In this document: in pieces, positions 28,690-48,953 of the stretch
Numbering within the stretch: position 1 is the first letter of the stretch
Layout: every line of letters begins with the position of its first letter
Assembly (NCBI RefSeq): GCF_009914755.1
Contig: NC_060926.1
Strand: one strand, 5' to 3'
From: the human T2T-CHM13v2.0 reference genome, Homo sapiens
DNA length: 64,000 bases
The notes under the pieces: model-generated
What the model was told of the DNA's origin: nothing
Databases searched by the model: none
The model's input: only the letters and a program-made list of their open reading frames with translations
Translations under genes and position numbers: made by a program

Positions 28690-30730
28690 ATTATGAAATG
28701 ATTCTCTGTATCCCTGGTAATCCTCTTTAATCTCAAGTCTACCTTATCTAATATTACTATAGCTACTCTTTTGGTTAGAGTTAAGATGACATGTATTTTC
28801 TCATGTTTTTATTTTTCACCTATCTATATTTAACTGGGCTTTTTATAGGCAACATATGCTTTGATCCCTTTTTTTAATTGAATCTCTACCTATGTCATCA
28901 ATTTCACAATACATTTTTCTATTTTTGCTTTAAAAGTCATTTTGCTTTAAAGCATGTTAAATGATAAAATCATGCATTTATATTTATCTTTGTAGCTACC
29001 ATTTCCAGGGCTCTGCTTTCCATTTTGTTGATCCAGATTTCTGTTCTACTTAATTTTCCTGCTGCCACATGGACTTCTTTAAATGCTGTAGTTTAGGCCT
29101 ACTATTGATGAGTTCTTTCAGTTTTTTAGGTCTCAAAGAATCTTTATTATTCCCTCATTTTTGGAAAAAATATTTTTTCTTTAAAAAATTTTAGGTTGAC
29201 ATTTGAATTCTTTAAAGATATTGCTGTACTGTTTTCTTCCTGTTTTTTGAATTGTGTCCAAAAAGAAACTATCTTCTTTACTTCTCAGTCCTTAATTTGC
29301 ATTTTCTGCATGTTGTAAATATTTGTCTCTTCTCTAGATTATAATGCACTATGGAGAAGTATCTTCATATTTCATGTGCTTTGGGTTAATTGACATTCTT
29401 AGATCTATAGATTTAGAGCCTTCATCAAATTTGAAGAAAGGATGACTGTATTTCTTTAAATATTATTCTGCCCCCTTTTTCTCCTTGGACTTTAATTACA
29501 TATTTACCAGCTACAAGTTTTTCACTGGCTCCAGAAGTTGTGTTTACTATTTTTCCCAGTCTTTTTCCTTTTTGTGTTTTATTTTGGATATTTTCTCTTG
29601 CTATGTATTCAAGTTCCCAAAACTTTTCTTCTGTAATATCTAATATGCTGTTAATCACAATCAGTACTTTTTAAAATTTCAGGTAATTTAGATTTTAACT
29701 CAAGAATTGTTCAGATCCCAAAAAGTGTCTGAGAACCTGCTGAGAAAAACAGTCTCATTGTTTAAACATAGTAGGCAAAGAGCAAAAAATTCAGCTTAAA
29801 AGTAGCTTAGAGATAAGAGGCAGCACAAATCTCTACAGCTGTCCTGTTGCCATCCAGGAGTGCCTCATATTTAAGTCTTAAGAAACTCATATCCTCGCCA
29901 CACTGGACTTGTCCAAGTCATTTGTTGTTGTTGTTGTTGTTGTTTTTATGATTCTGGTTTTTTCTCATTTCGACTCATACTTTTTGACCGGATGCCGGGC
30001 ATTTTGAACTTTATCTTATTGGCTGCTGGACATTTTTGCATTTCTATACATAATTTTGAGCTCCATTCTATGATATGGTTAATTGCTGGGTAACAGTTTG
30101 ATCTTCTTTGTCTTGGTGCTAAAATTTGTTAGGTGGAACCAGAGCAGCATGTTGCCTAAAACTAATTTTTCACTCAATACGAAGCCATAATCCTTATCAC
30201 TGCTTTACCCAATGCTTCTTGAATTATGAGATATTTTATTATGGCTAATAAAAACAGAATTATTCATAACTTTATGTCAGCAGTAGATTTTTTGCTTCTA
30301 ATTCTTTTAGATGGTTATTTCCTCTCCCTTAGTTAGTTTCTTCACTTCTGCACTGGTAAGTCTTTGCCTTAAGACTCACTGTGCATTTTTCCAGAATTCT
30401 ACGTGTAGCTCTCTCCTCTCTGTTACTCTGCCCTGCTTACTCTTTTCATCTTGGCCTTCCTGGGCTCTCGGCTTCATCTCATCTTCTTAGGGAGACCACC
30501 GGCCTCCAGCTGGGTTCCTCATCATGTGTCATGGTCTAAGAATTTCTCAGGTAGCTAAGTTAGGTAATCATAAGGCTCACTTCATTTGTTTCCCACCTTG
30601 CAGGTATCACTGTCATTCATATTTTGATGTCCACTACCTTGAAAACCATTGTTTTGTATATCTTGTATAATGTTTTATTTCATAAAGATGGGTATTTTTA
30701 ATCTGTGTTGCTCCATGGTAGTCTAAAGAA
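28690..30730 (-). mobile_element. Old L1M 5' region (ORF2 start, ORF1, 5' UTR), with an internal insertion
   Basis: T-rich antisense L1M. The 29425-29658 peptide (INSILDITEEKFWELEYIARENIQNKTQKGKRL) resembles the L1M ORF1 coiled coil. Confidence 0.75.
29708..29925. mobile_element. Possible LTR fragment inserted in the L1M
   Basis: Composition break inside the L1M with LTR-like GCTTAAAAG and AAGTCTTAAGAAACTC...CTGGACTTGTC motifs. Confidence 0.4.
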
Positions 30731-31509
30731 GAAATCCCTTTACAATGGATTTTATTTCAAAAAAAGGCCTCCTCTATAAAGTATTTTCTTCATATATTAA
30801 TCTTTTTTTCCGAACACATGTACAAATTAGTATTTTCTTGAGAGGGAGTAATTGTTTATTTTGTATTTTTACAGACTGACATGATTTTGTCATTGCCATA
30901 GTCACCGTATGGCTAATTTAGAATCTAGTCTCATTTCATCTTCCTTTCATCTTCTCTACCTGCCTCCTTTTGAAGACTACACACAGCATGAAAAAATCCT
31001 TTTATTCTCTCAAAACAAATATTCAGTCTTATTTGATATCCTTTTATTTTAGGTGATGCAGTCTTTTCTATATTGAGGAAGAGTCAATAAAGATGACTTT
31101 TGAATTATGAACTGAAATGTGTTACCCAGTGACATTCAGAAACCGGTTTTAGTTCCACCCTTTAGAGTTACAAAGCACCTATGGTACAGAAATTACCCCA
31201 AAGGGCTCTTCTTTGAAAGTCCACAGCTCTTCATCCTAAATATTCAAGCAAATAGCTGGTGACAATCTCTCAATATAGTATGGATTGTACTGTTACGTAG
31301 TGGAGCAAATTCTCAGATTCAGTAGAAGTTTCATCTAGATAAGCTTTAAAAGTTTTTCAAACACTGAGACTCCATGGTACTTATTTTCTGAGACATACAT
31401 AGAGTATAGGAGCCTTAGTTCTTTTATGTGCCAATCACACAAAGAAAAAATATCAAAATAAAAAAATTTCATGTTTTGACTTTTTTATCCTAAAAACTAA
31501 TAGTGGTAT

Positions 31510-31537
31510 AGTATATGTATGTACATACATGTGTGTT

Positions 31538-31579
<42 letters not shown>

Positions 31580-31636
31580 CATGCACATATATGTATATTA
31601 ATATATACAGATGCATATATATGTATGCATGTATAT
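31510..31636. repeat. (TG)n(TA)n compound microsatellite
   Basis: Directly visible. Confidence 0.95.
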
Positions 31637-33599
31637 TAATCTGAATTAAACAGCATTCGAACAAAATATTCTACATCTAATCTATGACAAAGAAAGTCAA
31701 CAAATTTAATATTTGCTATTTTGTATATCCTTGACAATGACATTCTCAGGTAAGCTTTGTTTTTAAGCATATTTTTCAACATATGCCTGACTAAATCCTG
31801 AAGGGTGAGTAGATGATGGTCAAAGGAGAGTGAGAAGAAAGTTGTCTATTTAGTGGTAGTATCATAGCATGAACAAAAACATGAAAAAGCAAGAGGCTTT
31901 GAGAAACCACAGCCATTTTGTATTAATCAAATGATGATGTGGGAAATGATTTTATGTTAGCATTATAATTCTACAACAATATTTTCAGCTTCTTGGTTCT
32001 GAACAATATGTTTACTCCTTGAAAGGAATAAACAAGTATGTAGAAATGTCAACTCTGATATGTTCTTAGGAGGCTGGAGACTGCTCTATCCAAATGAGAG
32101 TGACATTCTCTAGAAATCAAAGAGAGAAAAACAAAGGTAAAACGTGAAAGAAACTGGAAAAATGACCTGAAGAAAAATGGCAGAGCTGTATCATGCAGAT
32201 GAACATAAGAGGGAACATATAAATTTATCTTATTAGATTTGAGCCCCCTATATTTTTATTTTTTTCACTCAAGTTCCAGTGAACCTAAGTGAATAAAGAT
32301 TTACAAATAGCTTATTGCTCTGAGAAATGTCAGTATATTCTAAAATAAAAGGGGACCACAGTCTAAATCAAAAGGTGCTTTATTATAGTGACCTCCATGT
32401 GCTTTCATCTTCAAGTGTCTGCAATGCTGTATGTTTAATGTATTTGATTGTTAAAATGGAACTCATTCTGTCTTAGTTCAGCTGAGACTACAAAAAGTCG
32501 AGAGAGTGGGTACTTAGAACCCCTGCATCCTAAAGCAAGCTGCTAGACAACACATGTAGTGCAAGGTGAGGCTATAAAACCTGCTTCTACTAGCATTAAG
32601 GGTCGTTCACCCCATCTGTGAAATGGTGGGGTGTGAAGAGTTCATAGAGAGAGTCCCTTTGGATAGCAAAATTGGAATGCTATGCATTTTCCAAGCACTC
32701 TAACTTGCCATCCTCTCCATGGGGGAAGTGAGGAGGGCCTTTCCCACTCGAAACAAACAAGCCAGCAAACGACAACAACAAAACTGGACACCTGTTCACC
32801 CTTTAGAGTTCTAATAGTGTTTACCTCTCACCACAGACTGTCTAAAGATGAAAATCATCCTGGAGCTGCACCTAATAGCACTATAGAGAAGGAAGATTGA
32901 ACTGAATTTCCTACTACACTTAAGTAAAGGTGAGGAAAGGAAGTAGTACTCCAAAGATCAGCATTATCAGTGGGAGAGAGTCAGCCTGGACTTTCTAATA
33001 GAGACCCTGCCAAAAAAAAAAAAGATAGCCAGGAAAGAAGAAGAGACAAACATTGAGAGAGCATGGAGGTGTGGGGTGGGAAGAGATGATAACTGCTGGA
33101 AGAGTAGGGGCTGGCTGAGGGAGGGGAATCTTAAATGCTTAGCCAGAGAAGAAGAGAACAAGCATGAGAATAATCTCTGAAAACAAATAAACAAAACCAA
33201 TAGACAAAATAAAAACTCTGGAGAGAAAGAAACAACAATTACGTGTTCCACTTTCTGCAGAATAAATAATTGCCAGATTATAAAGGCAGGCACATAACAC
33301 GCTCCTTCTCCTGGGGAGAGGATAACTAGGTGATAGGATAAAACAGACCACACCCATCCTACACTTCAGCATTCTAAGACTGAGGCATGTCCAAGGTAGG
33401 TGGGGGGTGGGATGGTTAAAACTGTTAAAAATTAATTGATGCTCAGAGAACTGCTTTTTTAAAAAATTTAACAATGGACATAGATATTAACCTATGAAGT
33501 AAGAATGTGCTTGGGACAGCAAGGAACAGAGATATGAGACATGCCTGCAGTTGCATTCAAAGTCAGAAAAAAGACCAAATCCAGACAGGCCTACAAAGG

Positions 33600-34900
33600 G
33601 ACGAAGGCAAAAATAACATTGATTTACAGAGATAAAATAGCTAGGAATAAACCTAACTAGAAATACACATTATCTATGTAAAGAAAACTTTAAAATCCTT
33701 TTAAAGGGTTCAGAGGAAGAATTGAACAATGTTCTTGAGAGGAAGGCTAAATAACGAAATGATGCCAACTCTCTTTAAGTTGTGAAATTTAGCATGATAC
33801 AAGTAATAATACCAATAGTTTTTCTCACATTCTTTGAGGTAGAAAAAGGGCTGGATAAAATACTTTGTTAGTTTACTTAAAAAATCATACAAAGAGATGC
33901 AAATACCCAAGAAATTTTAAACAAAGAACAGCAATACCCAGCCATAATAGATATTAGAACATATTTCCCAATAACTATGCAGGATGGACATAAATGTTAT
34001 TGACATGAAATAATATTGTCTTTTTCTAGACAGACTCATGAGCAGAATAAGAAGTCCAAAAATAAGCCCAAATGTATATAAAGATTGAATATATTTTATA
34101 GGGCTGTCTCAAGTCCTGTGGATAATTAACTGAATCATTAGGTCAATGGTTTTAGGAACACTGGGAGTTATTTTGAAAAATTTGAAGGTGGAGCCATTCT
34201 TCTTTGTACATAATATCACAATGATTCCAAATGCATCACATATTTGAACATTAAAAAAATAAAAATCATAAAAATACACGAGAAAAACAGAGAAGAATTA
34301 CTTTGTATCCTCCCAGGTGCTGAGGCCTTTCTATGATTCAAAATATAGAGGCTATGAAAGGTATTTTTTAAAGAATAAAGTCAACAACATTAAAAATATC
34401 CCATATATGAAGAAATACCACAACCTAAGCCCAAGAACAAATGAAAAGCTGAGAAAAACATTTGCAATGTATATTGTGAGGGATTAAGAACTGCCAGAAA
34501 TAACTAAGAAAAATATTAACAAATCAATAGAAAAATGAACACAGGGTATGAACAGGTAATTCAAATAAATGGAAATGTAAATACCTCTTAAATATTACAG
34601 CATGCTCAGTCTCAATTTACTAAGAAAATAAAAGTAATATAATGATATTTATTTTTTATCAATCCACATGACCAAAATATGTAAGTCCAGTAACACCATG
34701 TTATTAAGGTTGTGTGGCAATATTTGCCATTGGGAATATAAATTTATAAAATTATCAAAAAGGAAAATTTGACTAACTCTCTTAGATGTGCAAATTCAAA
34801 GTGCCTTTTAACCCAGTAATTCTAATTCCTGTATTTGGCTCTATACAAATATTTTCATATATATGACATTATATAATTAAACCTGCCCAATAATGGAAGA
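33600..34900 (+). mobile_element. Ancient L1M (L1ME-like) ORF2 3' portion
   Basis: A-rich degenerate matches such as CAGAATAAGAAGTCCAAAAATAAGCCCA, GAGAAAAACATTTGCAATG and AATCAATAGAAAAATGAACACAGGGTATGAACAGG. Confidence 0.7.
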
Positions 34901-35264
34901 GTTGTATTACACATTCATGTTTTCTAATCAATAGAAAAGAAAAAACTTTGGCTTTATTTCACTATGAAGAGCATGTCCTCAAAAACCAGCTGTCCAAGAG
35001 GGTAGCAGTTCTAGAGAAGCCTAATACTTTGAACATGTAGCTATCTCTGACCTCCAGGATATTCAGCAGTTTGTAGACAAACCATGTCTCATTGTATCTT
35101 TTTAGCATTTGGCAGGAGACCTTTTCAAATAGGTGTCCAACTATTGTTTGCTGATGAATAATAGATGGAAGAACAAAGTGCATTAGCAATAAAGCTATTT
35201 TTGTCACTCTATCATTTATAGCTGCATTTAGATCGAAAGCTAGGTATTATTGGGAATTGTCTAC

Positions 35265-35400
35265 TCCCACTGGAATATGAGTTCCTCAAGGGGAGAGATC
35301 CTTACGGAATTATTATCATTGTGTTTCGAGCACCTAGAACATTGTCTTATACAAAGTAGACAACAAATACGGTTTAAGTGAGTGGAATAAATGAAGCAAA
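35265..35400 (+). mobile_element. L2 3' end
   Basis: CCACTGGAATATGAGTTCCTCAAGGG...AGCACCTAGAACA...GAATAAATGAA. Confidence 0.7.
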
Positions 35401-36399
35401 CATCGTTTCATAGTCTATTTTGCACTGCCATATATTTTCCTTGATCTACCTGCCTCTTAATTTCTGTTTAACTCCTGGTTACCATCTGCACTTTGGATAG
35501 ACACTTTCTAATATCTGACTATTCCCATTGGGGTCAGTTTTACACTGGTTCTTTTATTTAGAATAAGCAATTACTTTTAGAAATTTTAAAACTTAACAAA
35601 AGATTTTTTTCTCCATAAATAATATATAATTGAGGATTCTTCCTGAAAACATGCAAATATAAATTTATTTTGCTTTTAATTTATCTTGGACATTATTAAA
35701 GCCAAATGCATGTAGAATAGTTTCAGTGACTACACAGGATTTGTAAAAGCCATGGCTTCTTGGGTAATGGCAGTGAAGTCACAAAGATAAAAATATTAAT
35801 TTTGCAGATTAGAACAGTAATTGAGGACATGAAAATTTCCCACAGTCATAAAAATACATAAACAAATGAAAATATGTTCTCCAGAACAATAATAACTCTC
35901 TCTACTCATGCCCTCCTGTTCCATATTTTAAGTGTCGTGTCTCTTTTGATCTTTCATTTATGGCTGAGTTACCTGATCTCTTAGTAAATTATTTAAAGAC
36001 CCCACCAAATAGAACATGGGTTCTGTTAACAATAAAAATGTAAAGGCCGCTGGGATCAACACAAGGTCAAGTCTTTTTCTGCTGGAGTTAAGCTGTTCTC
36101 ATATCTAGATAGTGTTATTGTCTCGAAGCCATTTTAGCAATGATTTGCTGGCTTTGTGGAGACCTTGTTTGTTAGGAGTACTCTATTTTAATGGCTACAT
36201 TAAATTTGATTGTCCCATTATTTAAGGACCTGTCGTATTTTGTCTCTCAAAAAATGACAGCTATTGGTGACTAAAGATGAGTCCAACTCCATCCCTTCAA
36301 GTCTTTTACTGAAGGATGGCCACTAAATAAATAATAATTAATATTTAATAGAATAAACTGAATGATGAAAGTGCCTTTGAGCATGCTCTTCTTCATTCA

Positions 36400-36680
36400 C
36401 TGTCCAACTACAATTTGTCACCTTCTAGTCAGAAAGCCTCTGCCTTGTTCTGATCCACTCCCTTTGGAGTCATAAACCACTGTTTCTTACTTCCGTAGCA
36501 TCGTGAGAATAACTATCAGAACAAATTGCAATGTGTTATAATCATTGCCTAATTTGTCTGTAATATTCCAAATGAAAGGTTTTTAAAGATAGGGCCAGTA
36601 ACTTTTACTTTTGTGTCTTTGAATCTACCACAGAATGTGGCAAATAAAAGCTCAAAACATAATTGCAAAAGGAAGAAACA
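36400..36680 (+). mobile_element. L2 3' fragment
   Basis: Degenerate ...AAAGATAGGGCCAG...CACAGAATGTGGCAAATAAAAGCTCAA. Confidence 0.45.
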
Positions 36681-37169
36681 CATAAAAAGGATCTTTCAAT
36701 TAAACCCAGAAGTGTGAACAAAAATGTATATAAATTGATGAATGCAAGGAATTATAATGAAAGTTGTAAACTACTGCTAATAGTTAATTTAACACTAAGC
36801 ATGTTTTTATTAATACATGCATTCTAATATCAATTTATTATTTACCTAATAGTTGTAGCTAAAATTATATTTTTATTTTAAAGAAACTAACTTCCTTAGG
36901 TTTATGCTGTAAAATTTCTTTAGCAGCCTGGAGTCTCTTATGTGTGGGTGCATGCTGTCAATTACCTAGTAAAATGGGTTCATCATTACACCCCAGCACC
37001 AGGTACAGTAGATTCAGTATTATCAATAAAGAAAAGCTAACTTCTATTAAGAACCTGCTGTGTTTCTAACAACAGGTAAGCTATCATTTATTAAATATAC
37101 CTTATTAGTTCATTTAACTTATAGGAATCCATATTTCTATACTTTAAAGAAGACAAAAAATAACTTCTC

Positions 37170-37710
37170 ATTTTTACTGATGTATAGCATATAGAGTAGC
37201 GTACAAATCATAAGCATTCGTATCTACATGCCATCCACAATATACACTTGTAAATGAGTAGGAAATTATCACCATCCCAGAAACTTCCCGTGACCATCCT
37301 CAATCTTTACTTCTTTCTCCCCCTCAAAAAACTCCTATCCTGACATAGGATTCATATTTCCTTTATGGGCAAAATGTATATGTGGGAATATATTTATGTT
37401 GTATTTTATGTGTTTATTTGCAGATAACAGGTATGAAATTGCACATTATGTATTATTTTATCTTTTTTATTGTGTATGAGAGGCATCCATATTGTTCTAC
37501 GTTATATGTGGGAGTAGTTTATTATCATGGCTGTAAAATATCTTAGTAATTGAATATTCCACAATATATGTACATAATTATATTGTTTATGACCATTTCA
37601 TTTGTTTCCAATTTTGGCCTGTTATAAAAAGCACTGTCATACACATTTTTATCCATATTTTTGACACATATGTACATATACATATATTTCTGTTTGCTCT
37701 ATTATCAAGG
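37170..37710 (-). mobile_element. Old L1M (MC/ME-like) 3' UTR fragment
   Basis: ATCACCATCCCAGAAACTTCCC, TGAATATTCCACAAT and TTGTTTCCAATTTTGGCCTGTTATAAA motifs. Confidence 0.7.
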
Positions 37711-38376
37711 AGAGTGTGTGTATGTGTGTATGTATAAATGCCTGTTTATTCATGCTAGAAAATGAATTGAAATTAAGAAGTAAATGAAGTAATGAAACAT
37801 GAAGTAACCTTTCATCCTGGTAAAACGTAAGGAAGAAATATATAGGAGATTCTAAGATTTACCATTCATTGATTAATAACTGAAACCCTGGCTAGATGAC
37901 CTGGTGGTAATTCTGTCATTGGTATCAAGAAGAAATACAGAAATGAATAAGAAATAAATATTAATTTTAAAAGTACAGAGAAACATAAAAGTATCAAAGA
38001 AGGCTGTTTTACTGACTCAGTGCTGAATTTATAATTTACCCCAAGATGAGATATGGCTTTACTGTAGCCATTATGAAGCTTAAGCTTTCCACATATATTT
38101 TTAATTTACCCCCACAAAAAAACCCAGTCTGTTATTGTCCAAACATTACAAATAAGAAAACTAAGTCTTGGTGAATGTAGGTAGAATACTTAAATCAAAA
38201 TTTATTAAGTCATAACTCACTGAAGAAAAAACTAACAGCTATATCTTCTTTGGGAAGTAGGGGGCAAATTAGTGTCAGGGTAAGAAAAAAATCCAAACGT
38301 AAATGATGTATAGCTGGAGGCTTAATGTGGGAAAGCCTGAGAGCTAAATAAAACAATATATTCAATTAAATATTCT

Positions 38377-38458
38377 TATGTGTGTGTGTGTATATATATG
38401 TGTTTGTGTGTATATGTGTGTGTGTGTATATATGTATATGTGTGTGTATATATATATG
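38377..38458. repeat. (TG)/(TA) microsatellite
   Basis: Directly visible. Confidence 0.9.
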
Positions 38459-39639
38459 AAGTATATAGGTTTGCTTACATATGCTTATATGTAAGTAAAA
38501 TGGAGGACAACAATGATACAAGTCATGGGAGGGAGGAACTAGGATTATTTTGTTATTTGAAAGTACACACTATCTATTGGTCAGTATAGTGTTATGTAAA
38601 AGGGGGCTTGGATTAGTAGTGAATCTATATTGCAAACTGTAGCAATCTACCAAAAAATGTATAAAAAAGGATACTTTGTATGCTAAGAAATGAGAGAAAA
38701 TACAATTATACAAACTACTTAATTAAAATCACAAACGTTAAAAAAAAACGAAGACAAAATAGAAACAAAGAACAAAGGCAAAAAATAAAACAGTAACAAA
38801 TAATTCAGCTATATGAGTAATCACTTTGAATGTCAATGGTCTAGATGTTCCAATGAAAAGACAAAAATTGTCAGAATAGATAAAAAATAAGACCAAACTA
38901 TATATTGTCTATAAAAAATCCACTTAAAATATAAAGATGCATAGAGATTAAAAACAAATGGATGAGGAAAGATATATCATGCTAACACTAATTTTGGAAA
39001 ATCAGCATATGTATATTAATTTCAGACCAAGCAGAATTCCAAGCAAATATAAAAGTTAAAATAGGTAAAAAGTCATATGACATGATGATAAAGGGGTGAA
39101 TTCTCCAAGAAGAAATGGCCATCCTTAATGTGTGTTTAAATAAAGCGTCAGAATATGCGAAGCAAAAACTATTAAAACTGTGAGAATTGGATAAATCCAA
39201 TATTATAGTTGGAGACATCAACAACCCTATATCAGAAATAGATCCAGCAGACAGAACATCAGTAAGCACACAGGTGAACTCAGTGAAACCATCAATTAAC
39301 TGAATATAAATTGACACCTATAGACAATTTCATCCAATAGCAGCAGAATATAAACTCTTCTCAAGCTAACATGGAAGGAACATTTATCAAGATAGGCCAC
39401 ATTCTGGGCCATAAAACATACTTGAACACATTTAAAAGAATAGAAATCATAAAATGTCTTCTTTCAGACCACATGGAGTTCAACTAGGAATCAATAATAG
39501 TAAGATAACTGAAAAATTTCAACACACATAGAAATTAAACAATACACTTGTAAATAAAATATGAGTTGAAGAAATCTCAACAAAAATTAAAAAACGCTTT
39601 TGACTAAATAAAAATGGAAACACAATTTATCAAAATTAT

Positions 39640-39832
39640 CCTGATTTGATTATTACACATTGTATACATGTATAAAAATATCACACATACCCCCAAAATA
39701 CGTGCAACTATTGTAAATCAATAAAAATATTAGGATTCGTACACACTGTATACATTTATCAAAAGATCACACATACCCCCACACATAGCAAAATATGTGC
39801 AACTATTGTAAATCAATAAAATGTTAGGATTC
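39640..39832 (+). mobile_element. Short L1MA-type 3' terminus, tandemly duplicated
   Basis: CCTGATTTGATTATTACACATTGTATACATG...TCACACATACCCC...AATCAATAAAA occurs twice inside the host ORF2. Confidence 0.8.
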
Positions 39833-40188
39833 AGCAAAAGCAGTGCTTAGAGGAAATTTATAGCATTGAATTCATATATTAGAAAAGAAGAAATATCTAA
39901 AATCAATCATTTAAGCTTCCACATTAGGAAACTAGGAAAAGTAAAGTGGATTGAATCCATGTGTAACAGAGAGAAGCAATAAGAATTAGAACAGTAACCA
40001 ATAAAATTGAAAATAGGAAATCCATAGAAGAAAAAACCCACAAAATCACAAGCTTGTTCTTTTAGAAGACTGAAAAAAATGATAAGCTTTTGGCCAGGCT
40101 AAGTAAAATGGAGAAAAAACAAAAGTTACTATTGTCAGAAATGAAAGATAGAACATCATTACATATCTCATGGACATCGAAAGGATAA

Positions 40189-40544
<356 letters not shown>

Positions 40545-42014
40545 TAGATGAAACGGGTCAGTTCCTTGTGTGTGGTGGGGGGGCGGGGGGGAGGGGAATA
40601 TGCCAAAATTCACACAAGAAGAAATAGACAATTTGGATTGTCTTATATCTATTAAAAATTGAATAAAAAATTAATTACCTTGCAAACAGAAAGCACTAAG
40701 CCCAGTTTTGTTCACTAGTAAATTCTACCAAAGATTTAAGGAAGAGATTATACCAAGTTCTCTAAAATTTATATTAGAATATAGAGGCAGAGGTAATATT
40801 TTATAACTCATTCTATGAGGCCAGCATCATGCTAATACCAAAATCAGACAAAAGCCTTACAAAAAAGTAAAACCACAAACCAATAACTCTCATGAACACA
40901 GATGCAAAAATCCTCAGCAAAATCTTAGCAAGTTTAATCCAATAACGTATAAAAAGTATTACATACCACGACCAAGAGGGGCATCCCACGTAATGCAAGA
41001 CTTATTCAGCATTCAAAAATCAATTAGCAGAATCCATCGTCAGAATAGACTAAAAAAGAAAAATAACATAATCACATCAATAGATGCAGAAAAAGCCTTT
41101 GATGAACTCCAACAACTGTGTTAAAACAAACAAACAAACAAACAAAAAAAACTCTCCGTGAACTATGAAGGAGGGGGACTTCCTCCACTTGATAAGGTAT
41201 ACCTACAGAAAACCCACAGCTCACACCACACTAAATGGAGAGAAACTAGAAGCATTTCCACTAAAATGAGACACAAGACAAGTATGAGTCCTCTCATTAC
41301 TCCTTTTCAATATTGTACTAGCAGTCCTGGCTAGTACGATAAGAGAAAAAAAAATAAAGCGCATTGATTGGGAAGAAAGAAATAAAACTTTGATTGCAGA
41401 TGGGTCTAAACAATGTCAAAAATCTGAAAGAATCAGCAAAAATCTCCTGGAACTAATACGCTTTATAGAAAGGTTAAAATATGAAAATCAACTTCTTTCC
41501 TATACACCATCAATGACGAAGTGGCATTTAAAACTGAAAACAATACTATTTATATTAACATTAAAAAATGAAATACTTAATCATAAATATAATAAAATAT
41601 GTTTAAAATCTATATGAGGAAAACTATAAAATTCTGATCAAAGAAATCAAAGAATAACTAAATAAATGAAGAGATATTTCATGTTCATGGATAGGAAGAT
41701 TCAATGTTGTCAAGGTCAGCTTTTCCAAAATTGGGCAATAAATTCAATTCAATTTTAATTAAAATCCTAGCAAGTTATTTTGTGCATATCAAACTGATTC
41801 CAAAATTTATATGTAGAGGCAAAAAACCCAGTATAGTCAATCCATATTGAAAATGTATAGAATTGAAGGAATGAAAATCTTGACTGTAAGATTTACTATG
41901 AAACTGCAGTAATTGAGAGATTGTGATACTGGTGAAAGATTAGCTAAACAGATTAATGGAACAGAATAAAGAGCCAAGAAATAGAACCATATAAATATAA
42001 CCCACTGATCTTTT

Positions 42015-43122
42015 TATTTTTATTTAAGAATTTTAAGCTCCAGGGTACATGTGCAGGATATGCAGTCTTGTTACATAGGTAAACGTGTGCCATGGTGATT
42101 TGCTGCACCTTTCAACCCATCACCTCAGTATTAAGCCCAGCATGCATTAGCTATTTTTCCTAATGCTCTCCCTCCCACCACTGACAAGCCCCAGTGTGTG
42201 TTGTTCCCCTCCATACGTCCATGTGTTCTTACTGTTCAGCTCTTACTTATAAGTGAGAACATGCAGTGTTTGGTATTCTGTTTCTACATTAGTTTGCTGA
42301 GGATAATGTGTTCTAGCTCCATCCATGTTCTTACAAGGGACATAATCTCCTTCCTTTTTATGGGTGCGTAGTCTTCCATGTTTATATGTACCACGTTTTC
42401 TTTATCCAGTCTATCAGTGATGGGCATTTGGATTGATTCTATGTCTTTGCTGTTGTGAATAGTGCTGCAGTGAAATGGAATTGCTGGGTCAAATGGTATC
42501 TCTCGTCCTAGATCTTTGAAGAATCACCACACTGTCTTCCAGAATGGCTGAACTAATTTACATTCCCACCAACACTGTAAAAGTATTTCTACTTCTCTGC
42601 AACCTCACCAGAATCTGTTGTTTCTTGAATTTTTAATAATCACCATTATGACTGCTATGAGGTGGTGTCTTATTGTGGTTTTAATTTGCATTTCTCTAAT
42701 GATCAGTGATGTTGAGCTGTTTTTCAAGTTTGTTGGCCTTATGAATGTCTTCTTTTGAGAAGTGTCTGTTCATGTCCTTTGCCCACTTTTTAATGAAGTT
42801 GCTTTCTTTTTTCTTGTAAATTTGTTTAAGTTCCTTAAAATTAACTCAAGATAGATTAAAGACTTAAATGTAAAATGCAAAACTATAAAATAAATCCCTA
42901 GAAGAAAATCTAGACAATACCATTCAGCACTTAGGAATGGGCACAGATTTTATAATGAAATCACCAAAATCAATTGCAATAAAAGCAAAATTTGATCAAT
43001 GGGATCTAATTAAATTAAAGAGCTTCTGGACTGCAAAAGAACTATCATCAGAGGAAACAGGCAACCCACAGAGCGGGAGATAAATTTTGCAATCTACCCA
43101 TCTGACAAAGGTCTAATAATCA
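42015..43122 (-). mobile_element. 5'-inverted (twin-primed) L1PA8-10-like insertion
   Basis: Antisense 3' end at 42015-42836, then a sense ORF2 segment at 42837-43120. TSD ACTGATCTTTT at 42004-42014 and 43123-43133. Confidence 0.93.
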
Positions 43123-43404
43123 ACTGATCTTTTATAAATCAGCAGAGCCAAGACCATGGAACAAAGGTAGTACTTTCAACAAATAATACTGGAACAACTG
43201 TATATACACATACCAGAAAATAAATCTAGACAGAGACTATAAGCTGTGCATAAAAAGTAACTCAAAATGATCACAGGCCTAAATGTAAAATGCAAAACCA
43301 TAAAACTACTAGAAGATAACACAAGAGAAAATGTAGGTAATCTTGTGTTTGATGATTACATTTTAAACATGAAATCAAAGGCACAATCCCTGAAAGAATT
43401 GATA

Positions 43405-48953
<5,549 letters not shown>

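Noticed and set aside
37060-37081. Recursive-splice-like CAG|GTAAG (also near 31747)
   Set aside because: Weak polypyrimidine tract and no host gene evident. Expected by chance in 64 kb.
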